A stretch of DNA of 36,125 nucleotides from Candidatus Liptonbacteria bacterium (GTDB taxonomy: Bacteria; Patescibacteriota; Minisyncoccia; UBA6257; 2-01-FULL-56-20). The position numbers and the translations under genes are program-made. The notes beneath the pieces are model-generated. The model had not been told where the DNA came from and ran no database searches. It saw only the letters and a program-made list of their open reading frames with translations. The DNA is taken from the NCBI GenBank assembly GCA_016204385.1, contig JACQKW010000006.1:1-36125 (forward strand), read 5' to 3'. How positions within the stretch are numbered: position 1 is the stretch's first letter; every line of letters begins with the position of its first letter. Below, piece after piece: positions 26,731 through 33,914 of this stretch.

Positions 26731-27999
26731 ATGGTGCGGAAGGTAGTGCTCACAAACGGATTGCGGATCATTCTTGTGCCAGAGCCCTCGAGCGTGGCGA
26801 GTACGGTGCTTATTTTGGTTGAGGCGGGATCCGAATACGAGACGAAGCGAACGAACGGACTCTCGCATTTCCTTGAGCACATGACGTTTAAGGGCACGAA
26901 GAACCGTCCGAAGCCCGGCATGATTTCCCACGAACTTGACAGCCTGGGCGCGCAATCGAACGCGTTTACGAACCAGGAATATACCGGCTATTGGGCGAAG
27001 GTGCAAAGCGGCAAGTTCGGGAAGATTTTAGAAATCGTCTCCGACCTGTATCTACATCCCCTATTCAATACAGATGAGATCGAGAAAGAGCGCGGCGTCA
27101 TTATCGAAGAGATCAATATGTACGAGGACACGCCCATGCGCAGGGTGCAGGAAATATTTACGACCCTGCTTTACGGAGACCAGCCCGCGGGATGGGATAT
27201 CGCGGGGCGCAAGGAGGTGATCCGAAACTTGAGCCGCGAAGATTTTGTGGACTACCGCAACGAGCATTATGTGGCGCCAAAAACGGTTGTGGTGGCGGCG
27301 GGAAATTTTAAGGAAGGCAAAATGCTCCGAGAGATCAAGACTATTTTTGCGCATTTGCCCAGACGCCCGCGCGTGCACAAGGCAAAAACAAAGATCCTGC
27401 GCATGCGAGGGCCCGCGGTGCTCTTGAAGCATAAGACGTCCGACCAATCGCACTTAGTGCTTGGCGTTCGCGCGTTTCACATCTTCGACAAACGGAGGTT
27501 TGCGCTCGATGTGCTCGCGGACGTGCTGGGAGGCGGAATGAGCTCCCGGCTCTTTCGGAAGATACGCGAAGAATTAGGCGCCGCCTACTACATCCGCGCC
27601 GGCGCCGACCTCTATCTCGATCACGGGTATTTCGAGGTTTCAAGCGGAGTGGACCATCTGAAGATCGAAAAGGTGATCGACGCGATACTTGGGGAATTTC
27701 GCCGGGTGTGCGACGAGCCCGTGGGCCGCGAGGAACTTCAAAAATCAAAAGATCACCTCGCGGGCAACCTCCTGCTTTCGCTCGAGAGCGCCGACGAACT
27801 TGCAAGTTTCTATGGAGGCCAGGAAATTCTTACGCGCGCGATGCGCACCCCGAAACAGGTCATCCAAAAGATACAGCGCGTGACTTCCGGGGAAGTGCAG
27901 AGGGTGGCGCGCGCGCTTTTTCGCCCCCGCGAGCTCAACCTCGCGATCATCGGTCCTTACAAGCACGCAGGCCACTTCAAAAAACGCCTTACACTCTGA
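26731..27999 (+). CDS. M16 (pitrilysin) family metallopeptidase
   Basis: GLSHFLEHMTFKGT (HxxEH), SNAFT, EEINMYED, GGGMSSRLF. Confidence 0.93.
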   Translation: MVRKVVLTNGLRIILVPEPSSVASTVLILVEAGSEYETKRTNGLSHFLEHMTFKGTKNRPKPGMISHELDSLGAQSNAFTNQEYTGYWAKVQSGKFGKILEIVSDLYLHPLFNTDEIEKERGVIIEEINMYEDTPMRRVQEIFTTLLYGDQPAGWDIAGRKEVIRNLSREDFVDYRNEHYVAPKTVVVAAGNFKEGKMLREIKTIFAHLPRRPRVHKAKTKILRMRGPAVLLKHKTSDQSHLVLGVRAFHIFDKRRFALDVLADVLGGGMSSRLFRKIREELGAAYYIRAGADLYLDHGYFEVSSGVDHLKIEKVIDAILGEFRRVCDEPVGREELQKSKDHLAGNLLLSLESADELASFYGGQEILTRAMRTPKQVIQKIQRVTSGEVQRVARALFRPRELNLAIIGPYKHAGHFKKRLTL

Positions 28000-29018
28000 T
28001 GCAGAAGGTTACCCTCGAAGTTTCATGGGGGGCCCTGTGGAGGGTGCTCTTCTTCGTGCTGTTTGTGGCGGTGATGTTTTTGGGAAGGAACATACTCCTG
28101 GGGCTTTTCTTGGCGCTTGTCATATCCTCGGGGCTCGACCGATTCATCACCTACCTCGAAAATCGCGGCTTGCCGAGGACGCTTGCGGTGATCGTGATAT
28201 TTCTCATCGGAATATTTTTCATGTTCGTGCTCCTTTATTCCATCGTGCCGGTGGTGATCGCGGACATCATCAACCTTGCGTTGGGACTCCGCGCCTCGGT
28301 GCAGACGCTCGGGCTTGAGCAGGTCGTGAATCCGGAGGCGATTGAACAGATAAACAGGCTTATTGCGCAGGCGACGGAAACGTTTTTGAGAATACTCGAA
28401 GCATCCCCAATTCGAATCGTAACCGAATTCCTCGGGGGAATAGGGCTCGCGCTCTCGGTATTCATCAGCTCATTTTATTTGAGCATTACGCGCGACGGGG
28501 TGCCGCGGTTCATTCGCGCGGTCTTCCCCGCGGATCACGAGGAGCTCGCGATCCGGATCCACGACCGTTCGCGCAAGCAGATCGGGCTTTGGTTCCAGAA
28601 CCAGATCGTATTGAGTTTTATTATCGGGTTCCTTGTCTGGCTCGCGCTTACCATATTGGGCGTGAAGCATGCGTTTCTGCTCGCCCTTCTTGCCGCGGCA
28701 TTCGAGATAGTGCCCTACATTGGCCCAATACTCTCGGGCGCGGCGGCATTCCTCGTGGCGCTCACGAGTTCGTTGCCCCTTGCCGTCTACACGCTCATTG
28801 CATTCCTCGTGATCCAACAGCTTGAAAACCACGTCCTTCTGCCGCTTCTTACCAAGCGCGTGGTGGGGCTCCATCCCGTAATCGTGATCACCGCGCTCTT
28901 GATTGGCGCGGAAGTGGGGGGTTTCCTCGGGCTTGTGATCGCCGTGCCTGCGGCGGCAGTGTTTCAGGAGGTGATTGACGAGTGGGCAAGCCGCCGGAAG
29001 GTGCGCACCGCCGCATAA
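27999..29018 (+). CDS. AI-2E family transporter
   Basis: Multi-TM; IVPYIGP, IQQLENHVLLP, VGLHP; the ATG overlaps the upstream TGA. Confidence 0.9.
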   Translation: MQKVTLEVSWGALWRVLFFVLFVAVMFLGRNILLGLFLALVISSGLDRFITYLENRGLPRTLAVIVIFLIGIFFMFVLLYSIVPVVIADIINLALGLRASVQTLGLEQVVNPEAIEQINRLIAQATETFLRILEASPIRIVTEFLGGIGLALSVFISSFYLSITRDGVPRFIRAVFPADHEELAIRIHDRSRKQIGLWFQNQIVLSFIIGFLVWLALTILGVKHAFLLALLAAAFEIVPYIGPILSGAAAFLVALTSSLPLAVYTLIAFLVIQQLENHVLLPLLTKRVVGLHPVIVITALLIGAEVGGFLGLVIAVPAAAVFQEVIDEWASRRKVRTAA

Positions 29019-29024
29019 TGGGCC

Positions 29025-29261
29025 ATGAAGGACTGGTCGGAAAAGGCGAGAAAACTGCAGGCAGGGATTTACGAGCATTTTAGAGGGAATAGATATGAAC
29101 TGATCGGCGTTGCGAGGCACAGCGAAACCCTCGAAGAAATGGTCGTCTATCGTGCTCTTTATGGAGCACACGAGTTGTGGGTGCGGCCGCTCAGTATGTT
29201 TTTGGAAGAAGTGGAACGGAACGGGGAGCGTGTGCCGCGCTTTCGGTACGTTGGTAAATAA
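29025..29261 (+). CDS. DUF1653 domain protein
   Basis: YEHFRGNRY...ARHSETLEEMVVYRALYG...WVRPLSMF...PRF. Confidence 0.9.
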   Translation: MKDWSEKARKLQAGIYEHFRGNRYELIGVARHSETLEEMVVYRALYGAHELWVRPLSMFLEEVERNGERVPRFRYVGK

Positions 29262-29286
29262 CTCCTGAAGTAACTATAATCCTCGA

Positions 29287-30762
29287 ATGGGAAAGTTTTA
29301 TATTACGACGGCGATCGACTATGTAAACGCCGTGCCGCACATCGGCCATGCGCTGGAGAAGCTGCAAGCCGACGTGCTCGCGCGGTACCACCGTTCACGC
29401 GGCGATGAAACATGGTTTTTGACCGGTACCGATGAGCACGGCGCGAAAATCGCGCGTGCGGCGGAGGCGGCGGAGAAAAAGCCGGAAGTCTTTACAAATG
29501 AAACATCGGAGAAATTCGCCGCGCTCAAGGAGGTGCTTAATCTCTCCTTCGACGATTTTATTCGGACGACGGACGAAAAACGCCACTTTCCCGGCGTGGA
29601 ACTTATGTGGAAGAAGCTCGTGGCGTCCGGCGACATCTATAAGAAGAAATATCGCGGGCTCTACTGCGTGGGACACGAAGCGTTCGTGACACAGAAGGAT
29701 CTTGTGGACGGGAAATGCGCCGATCATGAGAAAGAGCCGGAAGTGGTGGAGGAGGAAAATTATTTTTTCAAGCTCTCGAAGTATTCGGAGGAAATAGGCA
29801 AAAGGATTCGGAGCGGAGAATTCCAAATTGTGCCTGAAGGCCGCAAGAACGAAATTCTCTCACTCATAAGAAGCGGGCTTGAGGATGTGAGTTTTTCGAG
29901 GCCGCGAAAGGATCTCTCGTGGGGGATTCCGGTTCCGAGAGATCCGGAGCACACGATCTATGTGTGGGCTGATGCGCTCACGAACTATCTCTCTGCGATC
30001 GGATACGGCAGAAATGAAGAATATGCGAAATGGTGGCCGGCGGATGTGCAGGTGGTCGGCAAGGATATTTTGCGTTTTCACGCGGCGATCTGGCCGGGAA
30101 TGCTTCTCTCGGCGAGGCTCCCGCTCCCAAAGACGCTTTTTGTGCACGGCTTTATCACTGCCGACGGCCGCAAGATGTCGAAAACAATCGGGAACGTCGT
30201 TGATCCGGCGGCGCTGGTCGAAAAATACGGCACGGATGCGGTGCGCTACTATCTTCTCCGCGAGATTCCCTCGGGCGAAGACGGCGATTATTCCGAGAAA
30301 AAATTCAAGGAGCGATATAATACGGACCTTGCAAACGGAATCGGCAATTTCATCTCGCGAACTTATCAACTTGCACATATGTTTCAAGCCGGAAGTGATG
30401 AAAAGATTATAGAAAAAGATGTTCAGTTCAAAGCCGAGGCCACTGCGCATTTGGTTGATGAAAAAATACAAGAATTCAAGCTTAATGAGGCATTGGAAGC
30501 TATTATGGATTTCATCCGTTTCGGAGATGGTTATGTGAACAAAACAGAACCATGGAAACTTCCGCTTTCAGATGCCAGTAAAGTAACGTGGAACCTAATC
30601 TTTATTGCTGAAAAAGTATCAGAATTGCTTATGCCGTTCCTCCCGGGTACCGCAGATGAAATTGCTAAAAAAGTTGAAACAATGAAAAATCCGACCTATG
30701 CAGATGGCAAATTTGGCAACCCCAAAATACCACCTAAGCCCCTGTTCCCGCGGCTTCTCTAA
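29287..30762 (+). CDS. metG: Methionine--tRNA ligase (short monomeric form)
   Basis: YVNAVPHIGH, TGTDEHG, SWGIPVP, GKDILRFH, KMSKT. Confidence 0.96.
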   Translation: MGKFYITTAIDYVNAVPHIGHALEKLQADVLARYHRSRGDETWFLTGTDEHGAKIARAAEAAEKKPEVFTNETSEKFAALKEVLNLSFDDFIRTTDEKRHFPGVELMWKKLVASGDIYKKKYRGLYCVGHEAFVTQKDLVDGKCADHEKEPEVVEEENYFFKLSKYSEEIGKRIRSGEFQIVPEGRKNEILSLIRSGLEDVSFSRPRKDLSWGIPVPRDPEHTIYVWADALTNYLSAIGYGRNEEYAKWWPADVQVVGKDILRFHAAIWPGMLLSARLPLPKTLFVHGFITADGRKMSKTIGNVVDPAALVEKYGTDAVRYYLLREIPSGEDGDYSEKKFKERYNTDLANGIGNFISRTYQLAHMFQAGSDEKIIEKDVQFKAEATAHLVDEKIQEFKLNEALEAIMDFIRFGDGYVNKTEPWKLPLSDASKVTWNLIFIAEKVSELLMPFLPGTADEIAKKVETMKNPTYADGKFGNPKIPPKPLFPRLL

Positions 30763-30790
30763 GTGCTAACCACTAAGTCCTAATGGCTAA
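30759..30790. repeat. Period-7 repeat spanning the metG stop and tatD start
   Basis: CTAA at 30759, 30766, 30773, 30780 and 30787. Confidence 0.8.
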
Positions 30791-31619
30791 ATTCTTTGAT
30801 GCCCATACGCACGCCCAGTTTGCGGCCTTTGAACATGACTGGAAAGAGGTAATTGACCGTGCCCTGCGTGAGCACGTGTGGATGATAAACGTGGGGACGC
30901 AAAAGGATACTTCCGAGAAAGCGATTGAAGTCGCTCACAAGTACGAGGAGGGCGTCTACGCCACGGTAGGGCTCCATCCGATTCATACCGAGAAGTCGTA
31001 TCACGATGTGAAAGAACTGGGAATGGACGACAAGGCGCGTGAATTTACGAGTCGCGGAGAGGACTTCGATTACGACGTTTATAAAAAGCTTGCACAGGAT
31101 CCGAAAGTCGTCGCGATAGGGGAATGCGGGCTCGATTATTACCGATTGGGCGAGGAGACAAAGAAAAAGCAGAAAGAAGTTTTTCTAAAGCACATTGAAC
31201 TTGCTCACGAGGTGGCGAAACCACTCATGATCCATTGTAGAAATGCCTTTCCTGATCTCATTGAAATTCTCACCTCTAATATCCAACGGCTCACATCTAA
31301 CTCTCCAGGTGTAGTTCACTTCTTCACCGGCGCGCCCGATGACGCGAAAAAGTTATTGGCGCTTGGATTTTCGTTCACCTTCGGCGGAGTGATCACTTTC
31401 GCCCGCAATTATGACGAGGCGATTAAAATGATCCCGCTCGACCGAATTCTTTCGGAGACCGACGCGCCCTACGTCGCCCCCGTGCCCTACCGCGGGAAAC
31501 GCAACGAACCGGCGTACGTGATTGAAGTAGTCAAAAAACTCGCGGAGCTTAAAGATGTTCCAGTAGAAAAAATGGAACGTCAGATATTTACAAACGCGAA
31601 AAATATCTTTAACATATAG
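30783..31619 (+). CDS. tatD: TatD family deoxyribonuclease
   Basis: DAHTH, VGLHP, IGECGLDY, IHCR, VHFF, SETDAPY, NEP. Confidence 0.94.
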   Translation: MAKFFDAHTHAQFAAFEHDWKEVIDRALREHVWMINVGTQKDTSEKAIEVAHKYEEGVYATVGLHPIHTEKSYHDVKELGMDDKAREFTSRGEDFDYDVYKKLAQDPKVVAIGECGLDYYRLGEETKKKQKEVFLKHIELAHEVAKPLMIHCRNAFPDLIEILTSNIQRLTSNSPGVVHFFTGAPDDAKKLLALGFSFTFGGVITFARNYDEAIKMIPLDRILSETDAPYVAPVPYRGKRNEPAYVIEVVKKLAELKDVPVEKMERQIFTNAKNIFNI

Positions 31620-31648
31620 GCAGTAAATTTGATAGGAGGATTGCGGTT

Positions 31649-32206
31649 ATGGGCTCGGCAAGAAGGATTTGTGTGTTTTGCGCTTCGGCAAGCAGCACCC
31701 CATCTGAATACATCACCCTTGCAGAACAATTCGGTTCGGAACTCGTGGCACAGGGTTTTGATTTGGTTTGGGGCGGCTGCAAATCTGCAGCAATGGGAGC
31801 TCTTGCACAAGGAGTACGAGCTCGCGGCGGTAGGGCCGTCGGGATCATTCCGGGTTACATGCGGGAAGAGGGTCTCGCGTACGAAGAGGCCGACGAGCTT
31901 ATTGTGGTGAGCAACCTTTTAGAACGGAAGCTCAGGATGAAGGAGCTCTCCCATGCATTTGTTGCTCTCCCTGGGGGCATAGGTACGCTTGACGAGCTCA
32001 TTGCGCAGTTGGCAGATGCCGTCGTTGATTCGAGGCGCGGTGTTGTTCCCGCGAAAATCGCGATTTTGAACTGGGAGGGTTTTTACGCGAATCTCGAGCA
32101 ACTTCTTGAGGGTCTCTACGCCCGGGGCCTCGCTCACGGTTCCTACCGCACGCTCTACCGAATTTTGCCCACCATAGAGAACGTCTTTTCCTACCTGAAG
32201 CAATAG
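31649..32206 (+). CDS. LOG-family nucleotide monophosphate phosphoribohydrolase
   Basis: ICVFCAS, LVWGG, ERKLRM, LPGGIGTLDEL. Confidence 0.9.
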   Translation: MGSARRICVFCASASSTPSEYITLAEQFGSELVAQGFDLVWGGCKSAAMGALAQGVRARGGRAVGIIPGYMREEGLAYEEADELIVVSNLLERKLRMKELSHAFVALPGGIGTLDELIAQLADAVVDSRRGVVPAKIAILNWEGFYANLEQLLEGLYARGLAHGSYRTLYRILPTIENVFSYLKQ

Positions 32207-32238
32207 CAAGCGCTCTCCGGAACACGTTTCTGTAGTAT

Positions 32239-32264
32239 GTCCCGCTCATGCGCGGGACTTTTTT
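32239..32264 (+). terminator. Intrinsic terminator
   Basis: GTCCCGC/GCGGGAC stem followed by T6. Confidence 0.8.
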
Positions 32265-32344
32265 ATGAAGCAAAGCGAGACAGATTTTCGAAAACGCAAG
32301 AAAAGTTTTTCAGATATCATAATCATTCCTTTACTATGCTATAC

Positions 32345-32378
32345 TAAAGTTAAACTGACGATCGTTAATCTGACTTTA
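32345..32378. repeat. 34-bp palindrome, copy 1, directly after an extended -10
   Basis: TAAAGTTAAACTGACGATCGTTAATCTGACTTTA; TGCTATACT at 32337-32345. Confidence 0.85.
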
Positions 32379-32391
32379 TGAACGGACCCTC

Positions 32392-32979
32392 ATGATCATC
32401 GAGAAGGTTTTAGAGATTCTCCAAGCGGGCGCCGAAACAGCCGCTGATCTCCTGGATATCATGGCTTCCGATTATGCAACCTCGTATCGGAAAATGAGGC
32501 GCTCCATTCGCAGCGGCCCGCGGTCGTTTCAATCAAATTGGGCGGATAATTATCGGGAAGCACAGCGATTTTATTCGCTCCTGCAGTATTTAAAGCAGCA
32601 AGGTTTTATCGAGAAGACGGGTGCGAGCCGGTCGTCCGTCTGGCACATTACGAGGAAAGGGCTAAAGAAATTTTCTATTCTGAAAAAGAAGAACCAGCTT
32701 CAAAGAAGCGTTGCGCATTACGAAGGGAAGGAAGACGACAAACTTCGTATCATTGTCTTTGACGTTCCCGAGGATGAACGCGTGAAGAGAATCTGGCTTC
32801 GCTCGGCGCTTTTGTCTCTCGGTTTCACTCTGCTTCAGAAGAGCGTGTGGGCGGGAGCGCGAAAAATTCCCCAAGATTTTTTGGAGGATCTTCAAGAGAA
32901 GAGAATGATGCCGTATGTTCATATCTTTGAAGTCAGTCGCCTGGGCACTGTGAAAGGAAATCTAACGAGACCGGTTTGA
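32392..32979 (+). CDS. PaaX-like protein: winged HTH plus Cas2/VapD-like ferredoxin domain
   Basis: FYSLLQYLKQQGFIEK...WHITRKG; IIVFDVPE...RIWLRSALLSLGFTLLQKSVW. Confidence 0.82.
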   Translation: MIIEKVLEILQAGAETAADLLDIMASDYATSYRKMRRSIRSGPRSFQSNWADNYREAQRFYSLLQYLKQQGFIEKTGASRSSVWHITRKGLKKFSILKKKNQLQRSVAHYEGKEDDKLRIIVFDVPEDERVKRIWLRSALLSLGFTLLQKSVWAGARKIPQDFLEDLQEKRMMPYVHIFEVSRLGTVKGNLTRPV

Positions 32980-32996
32980 ACTTGCATAAAGCGCCT

Positions 32997-33036
32997 ACCT
33001 AAAGTTATCTTAACGATCGTTAAGATGACTTTAGGT
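32997..33036. repeat. Palindrome copy 2 (40 bp; 34-bp core 33000-33033)
   Basis: ACCTAAAGTTATCTTAACGATCGTTAAGATGACTTTAGGT, one mismatched pair; 28/34 identical to copy 1. Confidence 0.9.
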
Positions 33037-33201
33037 TGTCGGGAGGGTCAGGTGCTTGAGAAACTGCCTTTCTGAACACCCGGTTCGCTCCCTCAATGCG
33101 TGAGGGGCAAGCCAGCGCGGTCTTCTTTCATTTGGCATTGTAATGGAAATGAACTACAATTTTCTCCAGTACAGACCGGGCTTCTTATTTGGGGGTGATG
33201 C

Positions 33202-33441
33202 GTGGGTATCCACACTGCGGAAGAACGACGTCGGCGGCGGAAAGAGAAGCTTACAAACAGAATCCTGAAATTGATGTTTCGGATTGAGGCAGAGAGCGGA
33301 AGAATTAACGGCATCATGGACCGCGGCGAACCGCCGACCGTAAGCGACATAGACACAGTACAAGAAGGCAAGGAACGAATCCGGCGACTCGGGGATCAGA
33401 TGCTAAATCTCCTTAACGAGTTCAAGGGGCTCGGAAATTAA
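33202..33441 (+). CDS. Small helical hypothetical protein
   Basis: 79-aa charged ORF ending at a bidirectional terminator; start uncertain. Confidence 0.5.
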   Translation: MGIHTAEERRRRRKEKLTNRILKLMFRIEAESGRINGIMDRGEPPTVSDIDTVQEGKERIRRLGDQMLNLLNEFKGLGN

Positions 33442-33473
33442 ATTGCGCAGGCAACGTGCTCTGCGCAATTTTT
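33440..33473. terminator. Bidirectional terminator between convergent genes
   Basis: AAATTGCGCAG/CTGCGCAATTT stem. Confidence 0.75.
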
Positions 33474-33873
33474 ATAGCTCCCGTATTACCTCATCAATGT
33501 TCTGTCGTCGGTTCACAGTAGGATGAAAGTAAAACATTGAACGATTAAGATGTTTGCCAACAACATAGATTTCCGGTTTTCCATAGGCAATTTTTTGAGC
33601 CATTGCTGCGCCAAGCTCAATATACATACCCGTTCCTGCTTCACTACTCAGTAGGATGAACACGTCACAGTTTGCGGCCGCTTCGATATCTTCAATCGCA
33701 TATTCTCTTGCAAGTTCTCCGTGTTCCTGGTATGGCTTGATAGGTTTATGGTTTGTCCAATCACCCACAACGCGGTGCCCCTTCTCAGTAAACCGTTCGT
33801 ATATCTCTCTCACGTTGTCTTTTTCCCCAAAACGCGCAGCTATATAAATCGTTTTCTGTCTCGTTGTTTTCAT
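33472..33873 (-). CDS. Nucleoside 2-deoxyribosyltransferase-like / dNMP N-glycosidase
   Basis: IYIAARF, DIEAAANCDVFILL, GTGMYIELGAA (catalytic Glu position). Confidence 0.8.
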   Translation of the reverse strand: MKTTRQKTIYIAARFGEKDNVREIYERFTEKGHRVVGDWTNHKPIKPYQEHGELAREYAIEDIEAAANCDVFILLSSEAGTGMYIELGAAMAQKIAYGKPEIYVVGKHLNRSMFYFHPTVNRRQNIDEVIREL

Positions 33874-33914
33874 AATTTCCTTGCGGTAAAATTCTACTAC
33901 AACCCGATATCTAA

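Noticed and set aside
27708-27998. N-terminal extension of the AI-2E transporter
   Set aside because: It lies within the M16 peptidase; ATG 27999 overlapping the upstream stop is the natural start.
32345-33036. CRISPR array / cas locus
   Set aside because: There are only two repeats, 655 bp apart, with a whole gene between them, and no cas1 or effector in the window.
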